In this document: piece after piece, positions 41,671 to 52,867 of the stretch
Numbering within the stretch: the first letter of the stretch is position 1
Layout: each line of letters opens with the position of its first letter
Origin: an uncultured cyanobacterium
GTDB lineage: Bacteria; Cyanobacteriota; Cyanobacteriia; Cyanobacteriales; CAWCAG01
DNA length: 64,000 nucleotides
Assembly (NCBI GenBank): GCA_963793425.1
Contig: CAWCAG010000007.1
Location: 384,001-448,000 of the forward strand
Direction: 5' to 3'
The notes under the pieces: generated by a model
Told to the model about the DNA's origin: nothing
The model's database searches: none
The model's input: the letters and a program-made list of their open reading frames with translations, nothing else
Position numbers and translations under genes: made by a program

Positions 41671-41755
41671 TTCATCCCACCAGTAAACTGGGGGACTTCT
41701 TACAGAAGATAGTCAAATAATAGTGTCAATTGCTTGAAATCAGGAGTATCAGTTC

Positions 41756-42208
41756 ATGAGCCAAGAGGTAGTACAGTGGTTAGAAGAAATTCGTGTTTTA
41801 CGACAGCAACTAGCAGAGGCAGAAACCTTTAAAGATGAAGCTAATCAAGGATCTGCTAATTGGCGCAAGTTGTATTCCCAAGAAGCCCGGCAACGCCGTA
41901 TGGAAGCCAAGTTAGCTCAGCAAACTATTAAAGAGCTTCAAGCAGAAATTCGTCATACTAAGGCTGGGAGGGCTTTTAAACCAGATAGCCCTGAAGCTGC
42001 GGCGGCTATTGAGGAGGAAGTAGCCGAACTTACTTCTTTTAAGGAGTTGAGAGCAAGATTGACAGAAGCAATTAAGGAGCGTGATGGTTTGACAGAAGCT
42101 TTGAAATTAGAGAAAGAAGAACATGAAAAAACTCGTAAAAGCTTGACTGCTGTCATTGGCGATACAATTGATCAATTAGCTAAGAGTAAGAAAGAAAGTA
42201 GGGACTAG
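41756..42208 (+). CDS. Coiled-coil hypothetical protein
   Basis: 150 aa, helical and E/K/Q/R-rich; WLEEI...WRKLY...HEKTRKSLTAVIGD. Confidence 0.75.
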   Translation: MSQEVVQWLEEIRVLRQQLAEAETFKDEANQGSANWRKLYSQEARQRRMEAKLAQQTIKELQAEIRHTKAGRAFKPDSPEAAAAIEEEVAELTSFKELRARLTEAIKERDGLTEALKLEKEEHEKTRKSLTAVIGDTIDQLAKSKKESRD

Positions 42209-42226
42209 GGAATCGTAAAAAGTTCG

Positions 42227-43330
42227 CTAAAACCCCATAACTGTAGCAACTGCTTCTAATTCTGGCTGAACCCCAGCTTTGACTTGATTGTGGCTGTGTT
42301 TGATGGCGCTGTCAGGATCTTTTAAACCATTGCCTGTCAGGACACAAACTACTGTAGCATTACGGGGGACTTGCTTTTGAACTTTTAGTAAACCAGCCAC
42401 CGAAGCCGCACTAGCTGGCTCACAGAAAACCCCTTCACTACCCAAAAGACGGTAAGCTGCCATAATTTCTTCATCGGTTACTTCGTTGAATTCTCCTTGA
42501 CTGGCTTCTTTAACCGCAATAGCCCGTTCCCAATTGGCTGGATGGCCGATACGAATTGCTGTTGCTAAGGTTTGGGGATTAGCAATGGGTTCGCCACGAA
42601 TTAAAGGGGCAGATCCAGATGCTTGGAATCCCATCATTCTTGGCAAACGTTCACAAAGATTGTGTTGATGGTATTGACAAAAACCCATCCAATATGCAGT
42701 TATATTACCCGCATTTCCTACTGGGATACATAACCAGTCCGGGGCATTTCCTAGTGCATCTACTACCTCAAAGGCTGCCGTTTTCTGCCCTTCCAAACGA
42801 TAAGGATTAACTGAATTAACTAAGGTGACAGGATAATTTTCTGCCATTTCCCGTACTACCTGCAAAGCAGCATCAAAATTTCCCTTAACAGCAATAACCT
42901 CAGCACCATAAAGTAGGGCTTGAGCTAATTTCCCTAAAGCTACATAACCGTCGGGGATCACAACAAAAGCTCTCAAACCAGCACGACTAGCATAGGCTGC
43001 CGCAGCAGCCGAAGTGTTACCTGTGCTAGCACAAATTACTGCCTTAGCACCTGCTTCAGTAGCTTTGGAGATAGCCATGGTCATACCCCGATCTTTAAAA
43101 CTTCCTGTGGGATTCAAGCCATCATATTTAACGAAAACTTCCACACCCCGACCAATCTCTTTGGCAATTGTCGGTACAGGAATTAAAGGGGTATTCCCTT
43201 CCCTGAGAGTGATGACTGGAGTTGCTTCGCTTACTGGTAAAAAATTACGATAAGCCTCAATTAAACCAGGCCAGTTACGATATTTGGATATATCTTCTAA
43301 ATGAGATGATTTGGTAGAAGAAAGCTTCAC
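42227..43330 (-). CDS. thrC: Threonine synthase
   Basis: PLP lysine motif [23 protein letters not shown] and LTGNGLKDP. Confidence 0.96.
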   Translation of the reverse strand: MKLSSTKSSHLEDISKYRNWPGLIEAYRNFLPVSEATPVITLREGNTPLIPVPTIAKEIGRGVEVFVKYDGLNPTGSFKDRGMTMAISKATEAGAKAVICASTGNTSAAAAAYASRAGLRAFVVIPDGYVALGKLAQALLYGAEVIAVKGNFDAALQVVREMAENYPVTLVNSVNPYRLEGQKTAAFEVVDALGNAPDWLCIPVGNAGNITAYWMGFCQYHQHNLCERLPRMMGFQASGSAPLIRGEPIANPQTLATAIRIGHPANWERAIAVKEASQGEFNEVTDEEIMAAYRLLGSEGVFCEPASAASVAGLLKVQKQVPRNATVVCVLTGNGLKDPDSAIKHSHNQVKAGVQPELEAVATVMGF

Positions 43331-43457
43331 GGGGGACTACATTTTAGTTATCAAAGGATTGTAGAAAGTATGAAGTATAAAGTCAATTCTAAGCATTCTT
43401 GAACCTTAACCTATAACCTTTATACTTCACCTTTACACCTTCACAATTTTACCGCGA

Positions 43458-44870
43458 CTAGTTCGATGTTACAGACTTAGAAGGTTTAGAGTTAGCTGTA
43501 TTTTTAGATTTGTTGTTGTACTTACGCTTAAGCTTAGGACGCTCAGCTTTAGGTACATTCCAATCTGTTTTCATCCAGTTAGGACAGCTTTGGTCATAAA
43601 CCATTTGTAAAGCAGCCGCAGCTATAGCTTGGGGATCGTATTCAGCGCTCAATTCCCGGACAATGGGTAAAAATGAAGCCATACGCTCTCCTGCCAAAGC
43701 TACTTTAACTTCGCTTTGCAACCTTTCTAAACGCCTTCCTTCTACCTCAGTACGACTAGGAATATTACTAATTTCCAAGCGTTGGCGAATTCTACGTTCA
43801 ATTTGACGTAGCATCCGTCGGTCTATAGGTTGAACAAGAGAGATTGCTGTTCCAGTTTTCCCGGCGCGACCAGTACGACCAATACGGTGGATGTAAGTTT
43901 CACTATTATCGGGAAGATCGAAGTTGATGACGTGGCTCAAGTTTTCTACATCTAAGCCCCGCGCAGCAATATCTGTTGCCACAACCACTTTGACCTGACC
44001 TTTACGAAAACGCTGTACTAAACGCTCTCTTTGGTTTTGGTTTAAGTCACCATGATACTCATCAGCACTATGTCCTGTACCCTGCAACTGCTGAGTAAGC
44101 TCTGCTGCTGTACGCCGTGTACGAACAAAAATGATGGCAGATTCAGGAGCTTCTATATCTAAGATTGGTTGCAGGGCCTTTAATTTTGTCCAGCCTTTGG
44201 GAACCGTGTAAACTTTTTGGTCAATTTGAGCTGGAGCTGCTTTGGGTTGGCTAACCTTGATAAAAGCGGGGGAGTGAAGAAAATTGTTGATTAAGTCGTG
44301 AATAGCCCTAGGCATGGTTGCTGAAAAACAGGCTGTTTGACGATCTGGAGGAGTCTGTTTGAGGATCTTTTTCACATCATCAATAAAGCCCATACTTAGC
44401 ATTTCATCGGCTTCATCTAAGACTACCCAGCTTAACTTCTCTAGTTTGAGTTCGCGACGTTCTAAGAGATCAATTACTCTTCCTGGAGTCCCGACGACAA
44501 TTTGTACTCCCCTATGCAAACTGCGGATTTGCCGATCCATAGATTGACCACCACAGACTGTGAGGATTTTCATGTGTCGGTCTTGGGTAAACTCTTGGAT
44601 AGCTTTGGCTACTTGTTGAGCAAGTTCCCTGGTTGGGGTCAAAACTAAGGCTTGGACTCCTTTGGTTTGAATGTCAATTTTCTCTAACATAGGTAAGGCA
44701 AAAGCAGCGGTTTTGCCTGTACCCGTTTGGGATTGACCTACCATATCCTTTCCTGCTAGAAGTTCAGGAATGGCTTGAGTTTGAATAACAGTGGGTTCAG
44801 TGAAACCCATACTTTCTAAATGTTCTACCCTAGCTTCAGATAAACCTAAACTGTTGAAAGATGTTGTCAT
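43458..44870 (-). CDS. crhR: DEAD-box RNA helicase CrhR
   Basis: QTGTGKT, PTRELA, DEAD, SAT and HRIGRTGR; lies downstream of rimO, as in the cyanobacterial rimO-crhR operon. Confidence 0.9.
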   Translation of the reverse strand: MTTSFNSLGLSEARVEHLESMGFTEPTVIQTQAIPELLAGKDMVGQSQTGTGKTAAFALPMLEKIDIQTKGVQALVLTPTRELAQQVAKAIQEFTQDRHMKILTVCGGQSMDRQIRSLHRGVQIVVGTPGRVIDLLERRELKLEKLSWVVLDEADEMLSMGFIDDVKKILKQTPPDRQTACFSATMPRAIHDLINNFLHSPAFIKVSQPKAAPAQIDQKVYTVPKGWTKLKALQPILDIEAPESAIIFVRTRRTAAELTQQLQGTGHSADEYHGDLNQNQRERLVQRFRKGQVKVVVATDIAARGLDVENLSHVINFDLPDNSETYIHRIGRTGRAGKTGTAISLVQPIDRRMLRQIERRIRQRLEISNIPSRTEVEGRRLERLQSEVKVALAGERMASFLPIVRELSAEYDPQAIAAAALQMVYDQSCPNWMKTDWNVPKAERPKLKRKYNNKSKNTANSKPSKSVTSN

Positions 44871-45001
44871 AACGAATTGTTGCTTTTTGTTTAGTTTTTA
44901 GTAGTTTAAGATACTTGTCGAGTTTCTGCTTACACAAAAAAAGTTATCCCTTGATAAAAAGCTTCTGAAAGAAGCGGCAAGAAGTGAATATATTTGTGCA
45001 G

Positions 45002-46330
45002 CTAGAAATCTTGTTGTGATGCAGCTTGACCGTAAAGATCGTAAGTATCAGCATCAGTAATTTTGACATTGATGATAGAGCCTAAAGCCCCTTGTCCTTG
45101 AACATAAACAAGTCCATCTACTTCAGGAGCGAAACGTGCTGAACGTCCAATTAGCTCCCCTGTTGCAGGGTTTTCTTGTTCTAATAAAACAGGGATAGTT
45201 TGACCAATACAGTTTTGGTTTTTTCGCCATGCTATTGGCTGTTGTAGCGCCATCAAAATATCCTTGCGTTCGTCCATGACTGATTGAGGAATTTGGTTAG
45301 GGAGATCCCCAGCTTTGGTTCCTTCTTCAGCAGAAAAAGTAAACGCGCCCATATGGTCAAATTCGTGACGTTTGACAAAATCTGTTAAGTGAGCAAAATG
45401 TTCTTCGGTTTCTTCAGGGAAACCAACAATAAAAGTTGTCCGCAGTACAGACTCAGGTAATTTTGTTTTAATTCTGTCAATAATTTCGTCATTAACCAAC
45501 CCTTGCCAGGGTCGATTCATTGCTCTGAGTATCTCAGGATGGGAATGTTGCAAGGGTAAATCTAAATAGGGAAGAATATTAGGAGTTTCCTTAATGGCGT
45601 TGATAACCTGTGGGGTTAGCCCTGTCGGATAAGCATAGTGCATTCGCACCCACGGAACGCTAACTTTACCTAACTCCTTTAAGAGTTGGTCTAGTTTTGG
45701 CTCTCCATATAAATCCAAACCATAGTTAGTGGTTATTTGGGAGATCAAAACTATCTCTTGAACCCCTTGAGCCGCTAACTGTTGAGCTTCAGTAACAATG
45801 GATTCAATGGAGCGCGATCGCTGTTTACCTCGTAACTTGGGAATAATGCAAAAAGAGCAATGGTAATCACATCCTTCTGCTACCCTCAAGTAGGCTACAC
45901 CTTCTGTAGTAGTGCGGTAGCGGGGGGTAGCTTCATCAGCGATATAGGTTGGTTCTAAAGAAACTTCTTTGACCCGCTTTCCTGTTTCTACTTCTTCAAT
46001 GACTTTAACTATCTTATTATAATCTCCGCTGCCAACTAAAGCTACTGCTTCTGGTAATTCATCTAATAATTGGTCTTGGAAGTGCTGGGCCATACAACCA
46101 GCGATGACGATTTTTTTGTTGGCTTCTGCTAACTCTACCAAGGTGCGTACTGATTCTTCTCTGGCTGCTTGGATGAAACTACAGGTATTAACAATTACAT
46201 AGTCAGCTAACTCTTCATTACTATCTACTCCGTAGCCAGCTTCTGCTAGCATACCGAGCATATGTTCTGAATCTATCCGATTTTTCTCGCACCCTAAATG
46301 GGAAATTGCAATAGTTGGCTTATTGCCCAT
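45002..46330 (-). CDS. rimO: Ribosomal protein S12 methylthiotransferase
   Basis: HLGCEKN, NTCSFI, radical-[11 protein letters not shown], and a TRAM tail APEVDG. Confidence 0.95.
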   Translation of the reverse strand: MGNKPTIAISHLGCEKNRIDSEHMLGMLAEAGYGVDSNEELADYVIVNTCSFIQAAREESVRTLVELAEANKKIVIAGCMAQHFQDQLLDELPEAVALVGSGDYNKIVKVIEEVETGKRVKEVSLEPTYIADEATPRYRTTTEGVAYLRVAEGCDYHCSFCIIPKLRGKQRSRSIESIVTEAQQLAAQGVQEIVLISQITTNYGLDLYGEPKLDQLLKELGKVSVPWVRMHYAYPTGLTPQVINAIKETPNILPYLDLPLQHSHPEILRAMNRPWQGLVNDEIIDRIKTKLPESVLRTTFIVGFPEETEEHFAHLTDFVKRHEFDHMGAFTFSAEEGTKAGDLPNQIPQSVMDERKDILMALQQPIAWRKNQNCIGQTIPVLLEQENPATGELIGRSARFAPEVDGLVYVQGQGALGSIINVKITDADTYDLYGQAASQQDF

Positions 46331-46569
46331 ATATTTTAATATTTTTGTATTTATTTAAACTTTTACTAGATATTGCTTGTTGTAGATGGCATTGTACAGG
46401 ATTAGCCTCAATAGTCAAACTCTAGCCTCTTAGTTTTCCTTTAATTGTAGTTAACGTTGAGTAAGTGTACTACTCGAAAAGACTTTGCCACCGCTATGGG
46501 ACAATAATCAGCATAATCAAATTTTGTATTTGTATAGCAGAAAAATTAGTGCGGCATTAGGTAAATTAA

Positions 46570-47385
46570 GTGGACTTAGATCAGATTTTTCAAACTCACA
46601 ATCCTATTATTGGTGTTGTTCATCTTTTACCTTTACCGAGTTCTCCTCGCTGGGGAGGTAATCTGAGGGCTGTTATCGATAGGGCAGAACAAGAAGCTAC
46701 AGCTTTGGCGGCAGGAGGTGTTGATGGCATTATTGTCGAAAACTTTTTTGATGCCCCTTTTGCTAAAAACAGGGTAGATCCAGCAGTGGTTAGCGCCATG
46801 ACTTTAATTGTGCAGCGCTTGATGAATTTAGTCACTCTTCCTATTGGGATCAATGTTTTACGAAACGATGCCCGAAGTGGACTGGCGATCGCCACTTGTG
46901 TTGAGGCCCAATTTATTCGCGTTAATATTTTAACTGGAGCAATGGCCACAGACCAAGGAATAATTGAGGGTCAAGCAAGGGAAATTATGCGCTACCGTCG
47001 AGAATTAGATAGCGATGTTTACATATTAGCCGATGTTTTGGTTAAACACGCCCAGCCATTAGGAGCGCCCCATCTAACTACCGCAGTGAAAGATACTATC
47101 GAGAGAGGTTTAGCAGATGGAGTTATTTTATCTGGTTGGGCTACAGGTAGTCCCCCTACCCTAGAAGACTTAAAAGTAGCCTCAGAAGCTGCGGGCAATA
47201 CCCCATTATTCATTGGTAGCGGTGCTAATTGGCAAAATATCTCCCAACTCTTACCGGAAACGGATGGAGTAATTGTTTCTACTTCCTTAAAACGCCATGG
47301 CAAAATTGAAGAACCCATCGATCCCAACAGAGTTAGCCAGTTTATTGAAGCAGCCCAAGAAAGTTTGTTGCCAAAGAAGGAATAA
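46570..47385 (+). CDS. btpA: Photosystem I biogenesis protein BtpA
   Basis: IIGVVHLLPLP, VENFFDAPF, GINVLRND, ADVLVKH and FIGSGA. Confidence 0.92.
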   Translation: MDLDQIFQTHNPIIGVVHLLPLPSSPRWGGNLRAVIDRAEQEATALAAGGVDGIIVENFFDAPFAKNRVDPAVVSAMTLIVQRLMNLVTLPIGINVLRNDARSGLAIATCVEAQFIRVNILTGAMATDQGIIEGQAREIMRYRRELDSDVYILADVLVKHAQPLGAPHLTTAVKDTIERGLADGVILSGWATGSPPTLEDLKVASEAAGNTPLFIGSGANWQNISQLLPETDGVIVSTSLKRHGKIEEPIDPNRVSQFIEAAQESLLPKKE

Positions 47386-47509
47386 GGATGGGAGGGGATG
47401 GAGTGACTGGGTGACGAAGAGAAAACTATTAGCCATTAGCCATTAGCCATTAGCCGTTGCTAAAATCGAAAGCAAAACTCAAACTTATTAATTGTTATCA
47501 ACAAATTCT

Positions 47510-48490
47510 ATGAATACGAGTCGCCGACGTTCTACTCCCTGGATTCATCGTTGGTCGCGACCTATTATTGGTGCGATCGCTATTTTAGGTGCAACATTAA
47601 CAGCTTATTTAACTGTAATTGCTTTTCAAGGTGGTGACGTAGCCTGTAGCACAGATGCTGCTGCTGCTGCCGGGGGGTGTAATGATGTCCTCTCTAGCGA
47701 TTATGCCAAAGTGTTTGGTTTGCCTTTACCTTTATTTGGCTTGATGGCATATATTAGTATGGCTATTTTTGCCCTTGTTCCCTTAACTATTAACGCCGAT
47801 GTAAAAAGGCAATTAAGGAAACAAATAGAGAACTGGACTTGGTTGTTTCTCTTAATCGGGGCAACTTCTATGGCCGTCTTTAGCGGTTATTTGATGTATG
47901 TACTAGCTTTTAAGCTACAAATCCCTTGTCTTTACTGTATCAGTTCAGCAATTTTCGCCCTAACTTTGTTTACCTTGACTGTACTTGGTCGCGAATGGGA
48001 CGATGTTGGTCAAATTCTCTTTACTGGTTTGATTGCTGGGATGGTAACTATCGTTGCTACTTTAGGGGTCTATGCTAATGTGAATGGCTCTGTTACTGCT
48101 TCGGCTGAAGCAGGGCCAATACCCCAAGTTACTACCAGTCCAGTTCCCCCTGATGGTTGGAAGATTACTACTAAATCTGGCCCTTCGGAGATTGAATTAG
48201 CTAAGCATTTAACAGAAGTTGGGGCTGTGAAATATGGTGCTTTTTGGTGTCCCCACTGTTATGAACAAAAGCAACTATTTGGTGCAGAAGCTTTCAAATC
48301 AATTAAGTATGTTGAATGTGCTGAAGGAGGCAAAAATCCTCAACCGCAAAAATGCTCTGCTGTCGGATTGAAATCTTTCCCTACTTGGGAAATTGATGGG
48401 GAAATTTATCCAGGAGTCCAAAGCTTAGACGAGTTAGCTGAAATATCTGGCTATAAGGGGTCAAAGGATTTTAAATACACTTTACGTTAG
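47510..48490 (+). CDS. Vitamin K epoxide reductase (VKOR)-thioredoxin fusion
   Basis: Loop Cys pair (AC...GCNDVLSS), CLYC in the TM domain, and a Trx-like domain YGAFWCPHC...FPTW. Confidence 0.92.
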   Translation: MNTSRRRSTPWIHRWSRPIIGAIAILGATLTAYLTVIAFQGGDVACSTDAAAAAGGCNDVLSSDYAKVFGLPLPLFGLMAYISMAIFALVPLTINADVKRQLRKQIENWTWLFLLIGATSMAVFSGYLMYVLAFKLQIPCLYCISSAIFALTLFTLTVLGREWDDVGQILFTGLIAGMVTIVATLGVYANVNGSVTASAEAGPIPQVTTSPVPPDGWKITTKSGPSEIELAKHLTEVGAVKYGAFWCPHCYEQKQLFGAEAFKSIKYVECAEGGKNPQPQKCSAVGLKSFPTWEIDGEIYPGVQSLDELAEISGYKGSKDFKYTLR

Positions 48491-48567
48491 CAGGGCAACC
48501 CAATTATGCAGATTTATGGGTGAAATAAATTCCTCACCCATCCCTGGCTCCCTGCTCCCCTTGAGCA

Positions 48568-49755
48568 TCATAACTTAGAAGAACGCATTAACAACAATCC
48601 TCCTACTCCCAACCCAAAGAAATTAGGCAACCAAGCAGATAAAAAAGGAGAAACTGCTCCTACTATCCCCATTGCTCCGGTGATGAAACTGATTAGGTAA
48701 TAAGAGAAAATGATCACAATACTCATACCAAAACTTGTAGCCTTAGAAGCTCTTTGAGGCCTAGTTCCTAATGCTGCCCCTACTAAACCAAAAACTAAAC
48801 AAACGAAAGGAAAAGCCATTTTTTGTTGCACCCGGACTCTGAGTTTACGCAATTTCTTGGTATCGCCGCTTTGTTCGAGAATCTTCATTTGCTCGAATCC
48901 TTGAGCGATATTCATCTCCCCATAATCTCGGCCTTTTTGGGCTAGATCAAAGGGAGCTTTGGGTAATTTTAGTTTTTGGTGAACAAAGCGAACAATTTTT
49001 TTGTAGGAGCCATCGCCATCAATAAGGTAGATTGTACCGTTAAAAAAGTTCCAGGTATTGTCCTTGAGATCCCAAGTGGCAGATTCAGAGGTGACAATCT
49101 GCTCAACTCCCTCTTGAGAGCGATCTAGTAAGGTTAAACCTTCCATGGTTGTACCATCAAACTTTTCAGCGTAAAATAAGCGAGTTAAGACCTCTTGTTC
49201 CCCTTCAGGACGCTGGACATTGCTGTATTCAGGGTAAAGAATATTTTTTTCTTGAAAGGAGGGTTTTTCTTCCCCTAGGGCGCGATCTAAAGTTAAAGTT
49301 GCTTGGTAGTTGGCATTAGGAACGATAACTTCGTTGAAAACAAAGGTTAAGCCCGTGACAGCTAGGCTAAAAATAATTGCTGGTAAAACAATTCTATAAA
49401 CACTGATGCCAACGCTACGTAGAGCAGTTAATTCGCTATCACTAGAAAAACGGCCATAAGCCATCATTGTCGCTAACAGAGCGGACATAGGAAAAGCATA
49501 GACAATAAATTCTGGCATTTTCAAGAGCAGAACTTTAAGGGCTAAACTCATTAATAACCCTGACTCAGCAACTTTCCGCACTAACTCAAATAAACTGCCA
49601 ATAGCAACACCAATTGAAGAGAAAGCCCCAACCCCAAACAGGAAGGGTAAAGTTAGCTCCGTTAGTATGTAGCGATCCATAATAGAAAAGCCGGAAAATA
49701 ACGGAAACCAAGAAAAGTTAGCTTGGAAAGATTTGCTCAGGGGCATAAAGTTCAA
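48568..49755 (-). CDS. LptF/LptG-family LPS export permease
   Basis: MDRYIL...PFLFG, SELTALRSVGIS and SAWLPN; in an operon with lptA/lptB. Confidence 0.92.
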   Translation of the reverse strand: MNFMPLSKSFQANFSWFPLFSGFSIMDRYILTELTLPFLFGVGAFSSIGVAIGSLFELVRKVAESGLLMSLALKVLLLKMPEFIVYAFPMSALLATMMAYGRFSSDSELTALRSVGISVYRIVLPAIIFSLAVTGLTFVFNEVIVPNANYQATLTLDRALGEEKPSFQEKNILYPEYSNVQRPEGEQEVLTRLFYAEKFDGTTMEGLTLLDRSQEGVEQIVTSESATWDLKDNTWNFFNGTIYLIDGDGSYKKIVRFVHQKLKLPKAPFDLAQKGRDYGEMNIAQGFEQMKILEQSGDTKKLRKLRVRVQQKMAFPFVCLVFGLVGAALGTRPQRASKATSFGMSIVIIFSYYLISFITGAMGIVGAVSPFLSAWLPNFFGLGVGGLLLMRSSKL

Positions 49756-49850
49756 GGTTCAGATTAGACCATTTTGATAAAGTTGTGACAAAAACACTTT
49801 TGCTTAAAAGCTTATTATTGCTACTTTTGAGTTACACAAAGGAGAATAGT

Positions 49851-50579
49851 TTAGGCTTGAAACTTGTCTCCTAGATAATATTTGCGGACTAATGGGTTAT
49901 TGTAAAGTTCTTCCGCAGCACCAGAGGCCAGAATTTCTCCATCTCGCATAATATAAGCGCGGTCAGTAATTTCTAAGGTTTCGCGCACGTTATGGTCAGT
50001 GATTAATATTCCCATATGGTGAGCGCGCAATTGGGCAATAATTTGTTGAATCTCAGAAACAGCAATGGGATCAACTCCGGCAAAAGGTTCGTCCAAAAGC
50101 AAAAATTTTGGTCCTTCTTTCCCTGCTGCTAAGGATCTAGCAATTTCTGTACGTCGCCTCTCTCCCCCAGAAATTTGACTGCCTTGGGTTTGAGCTACTT
50201 TTTCTAAACGGAACTCTTTGAGTAGTGAGAGTAAGCGTTTGCGCCTGTCTCTAGCTGGTACGTCAGTTTGTTGTAGGACAAGGGTAATATTATCTTGAAC
50301 GCTGAGGTTACGGAATATACTAGCTTGTTGGGTTAAATAACCAATGCCGAGATGGGCGCGTTTGTCAATAGGTAGGGGAGTGATTTCTCTGTCATTGAGC
50401 CAAACCGAACCTTTATTGGGCTTGACTAAACCAGTGGCAATATAAAATGTGGTGGTTTTTCCTGCACCATTAGGCCCTAGTAAACCGACAATTTCCCCTT
50501 GAGAAACTGTTAAATTTACTCTGTTAACGACTACTCGCTTGCCATAGGATTTGTGAACGTTTTTAAGAATTATTTTCAC
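49851..50579 (-). CDS. lptB: LPS export ABC transporter ATPase
   Basis: GPNGAGKTT, SGGERRRTEIAR, LDEPFAGVDPI and ITDHNVRETL; probable GTG start at 50579. Confidence 0.95.
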   Translation of the reverse strand: MKIILKNVHKSYGKRVVVNRVNLTVSQGEIVGLLGPNGAGKTTTFYIATGLVKPNKGSVWLNDREITPLPIDKRAHLGIGYLTQQASIFRNLSVQDNITLVLQQTDVPARDRRKRLLSLLKEFRLEKVAQTQGSQISGGERRRTEIARSLAAGKEGPKFLLLDEPFAGVDPIAVSEIQQIIAQLRAHHMGILITDHNVRETLEITDRAYIMRDGEILASGAAEELYNNPLVRKYYLGDKFQA

Positions 50580-50605
50580 GCTATTTCTGGGGAGCAACAG
50601 GATGA

Positions 50606-51112
50606 TTAAGGATTGCTTTCTGGCTCTTTGAAAACAGGCTTAGGATTGTAAGGGGGGGCAGGTTTAACTGTTGGAGTTGTTGGTGCTTCTGGGTCAGAGA
50701 TGATGTAAATTGATTCTACTTGGCGTTCTGTTTTTGGTGTGGCAACAAAACGTTCTTCATCCATCAGGTAGGTAATTTCTTCCCCTCTAATGCTGTTACC
50801 ATTGCTTTGGAGGACGTAAACATTACCTCTTAAGACAATAATACGTTCGCTACTAAAATACTGCGCTTGGGCAGCTGTGGCTTGTATTTGCCTAGCTGGA
50901 TAATTAATTTGTACGTTGCCACTGGCGGTAATTACCCCGGTTTTGGAGTTGGCTTCTTGGAGATCAGAACGAATAGTAATTGCTCGCCCTGGTTGTGCTT
51001 CGGCATTTTTAAGGGTTCCAGGAATTGCGATCGCCCCTATTAAAGCAGCAGGAATAACAAAGATTACTCCTAAGCGGCGCATCAAGCAAGTAGAGGAGTG
51101 AACAGAGAACAT
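50606..51112 (-). CDS. lptA: LptA/OstA-family periplasmic protein
   Basis: Signal peptide and beta-jellyroll motifs (ITASGNVQI, LRGNVYVLQ, IRGEEITY); upstream of lptB. Confidence 0.85.
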   Translation of the reverse strand: MFSVHSSTCLMRRLGVIFVIPAALIGAIAIPGTLKNAEAQPGRAITIRSDLQEANSKTGVITASGNVQINYPARQIQATAAQAQYFSSERIIVLRGNVYVLQSNGNSIRGEEITYLMDEERFVATPKTERQVESIYIISDPEAPTTPTVKPAPPYNPKPVFKEPESNP

Positions 51113-51261
51113 AATAATAAAATAATTAACTTAACAATGAATATACAGAAAATAATACCGTGGATAGCTAACCAAATCAGGTTAATACTCTACTATTCCC
51201 CGTAAATTATCTAATTTTGCTGATATATAAATTTGACGCTTAAGTGGCTTCTGAAGTTTCA

Positions 51262-51666
51262 CTACTTGATCGTTCTTGGTTCTGCTGTAATTATTTTAGG
51301 TAAATAGATATTGGAGTTGTTGGTTTTAAGTTCCTCGACAAAATTGCTGATTTCTTCTGGCTGAATTTTTTGTAATGCTTCTAAAAGTTGTAAACTTTGG
51401 TCTAATAAGTTGCTTGTATCAATACCTTCATATAAGGGCTGATAATCACTAATTCGCCTTACTCCCTCTCCTAACAAAATAACTGCACCTCGCCAGTTAT
51501 GATTGCTCAAATGATAACAAGCTACGGCAATTTGTAGTATACCTTGATAAAACTTTTTCAAAGGCTCTGAAGAGTCCATCCACAAAGCCTCTAAAGTATC
51601 ATGACAAGCATAAAATTCTTGACCATTAAACTGGTCAATTCCTTGCCAAAATTCTTGAGACGACAT
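51262..51666 (-). CDS. DUF309-family protein
   Basis: FNGQEFYACHDTLEALW and FYQGILQIAVACYH. Confidence 0.88.
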   Translation of the reverse strand: MSSQEFWQGIDQFNGQEFYACHDTLEALWMDSSEPLKKFYQGILQIAVACYHLSNHNWRGAVILLGEGVRRISDYQPLYEGIDTSNLLDQSLQLLEALQKIQPEEISNFVEELKTNNSNIYLPKIITAEPRTIK

Positions 51667-51678
51667 AACTGAATAACC

Positions 51679-52047
51679 TTAAGATGCCATGCTTTCTCGC
51701 ACTTTCTGAATCTCTTCTAGAGAAATTTCTTGAGCTTCTCCGGCAAATTCGTTATCAGGGGTGATGAATAACATACAATGGCATTCGGAACGCTCACGCA
51801 TGGGGACACATGGACAATTCCAGAAAGTTGCTTTAACCTCTGCTTCTTTGTCTTCATAGTGGCGACAAGGACACAAAGGAGCGCCTAGTTCATCTTTGTT
51901 TTTAGCTAATCCTTCAATTACCACAGCAGTTACAGAAGGATCGCTACAGAAGTATGTGTCAGTGCGCTTAGCATACTGCTCTGCGAACTTCTTCATCGAC
52001 TCAAGGGTTTTATTTTCTTGTTGCTTATCGATTGCTTCGGAACTCAT
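51679..52047 (-). CDS. ftrC: Ferredoxin-thioredoxin reductase catalytic subunit
   Basis: CPC, CPC and CHC motifs (LCPCRH, NCPCVPM, ECHCMLF). Confidence 0.95.
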   Translation of the reverse strand: MSSEAIDKQQENKTLESMKKFAEQYAKRTDTYFCSDPSVTAVVIEGLAKNKDELGAPLCPCRHYEDKEAEVKATFWNCPCVPMRERSECHCMLFITPDNEFAGEAQEISLEEIQKVRESMAS

Positions 52048-52183
52048 GAATATTAAAGTTGGTACAATACTTGTTTGTTTATTTGTTTAGCATTGTATCT
52101 TACTTTGTAGTAGGAATAGGGAGTAGGACGTAGAGAGCAGCAATTCTTGTTCTCACTTTATTTCTAATTTTTGAAGAGCCAAA

Positions 52184-52867
52184 ATGATGAATTGGACAAA
52201 CCGAGTATTTAAAGGACTTCTTTCCTTTTTTCTTGAATCTAATTGTTGCCTTTGCGATCGCTCTACTGAAGAGGTTATTTGTGTTTATTGCCAAGAACAA
52301 TTACAAAAGTGTCGCTTGGATAATCCCTGCCAGTTTTGGCAGCAAGAATCACCTTTATTTGCTTGGGGTTCCTACGATAGTACTCTGAGTCGAGCGATTA
52401 AGACTTTGAAATATCAAAATCAACCCCAGTTAGCGAAGCCAATGGGACAATGGTTAGGACAAGCTTGGTTAGATTCTGACCTAGGGCGTAAAAGCGGTAA
52501 AGTCATAGTTATTCCTATACCCAGTCATCCTCGCAAATTAGCAGAAAGAGGATTTAATCAAGCAGAATTAATTGGGCGCAGTTTTTGTCAGTTTACAGGT
52601 TTTTCTTTGCAAACATCTGGTTTAGTAAGAGTTAAAGAAACTGAAGCGATGTTTAGTTTAAATGCCAAACAAAGGGAGGAAAATATTGCTGATGCTTTTG
52701 ATTTAGGTAAAAGCTTTCAAAGACAAACCCCCCGCTTGCCAGTACTTTTATTGGATGATATTTATACTACTGGTGCTACTATTAAAGCTGCCACTCAAAC
52801 TTTACATAGCAATGGCGTTAGAGTATTAGGGGCGATAGCTTTGGCTGCTACAGCTTCGGGAAAATAG
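52184..52867 (+). CDS. comF: ComF-family phosphoribosyltransferase-like protein
   Basis: N-terminal CCLC/CVYC zinc motif, RGFNQA, and PRPP loop LLDDIYTTGAT. Confidence 0.9.
   Translation: MMNWTNRVFKGLLSFFLESNCCLCDRSTEEVICVYCQEQLQKCRLDNPCQFWQQESPLFAWGSYDSTLSRAIKTLKYQNQPQLAKPMGQWLGQAWLDSDLGRKSGKVIVIPIPSHPRKLAERGFNQAELIGRSFCQFTGFSLQTSGLVRVKETEAMFSLNAKQREENIADAFDLGKSFQRQTPRLPVLLLDDIYTTGATIKAATQTLHSNGVRVLGAIALAATASGK

Larger units (their letters stand above)
40833..41711 (-). mobile_element. IS200/IS605-family element (divergent tnpA and internally deleted tnpB)
   Basis: Two related subterminal hairpins in direct orientation: TCCCACCGATAAATCGGGGGA (about 40842-40862) and TCCCACCAGTAAACTGGGGGA (about 41675-41695). 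The minus-strand right end is TCAA (40836-40833) and the left end is preceded by TTGAC (41716-41712). Confidence 0.85.
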
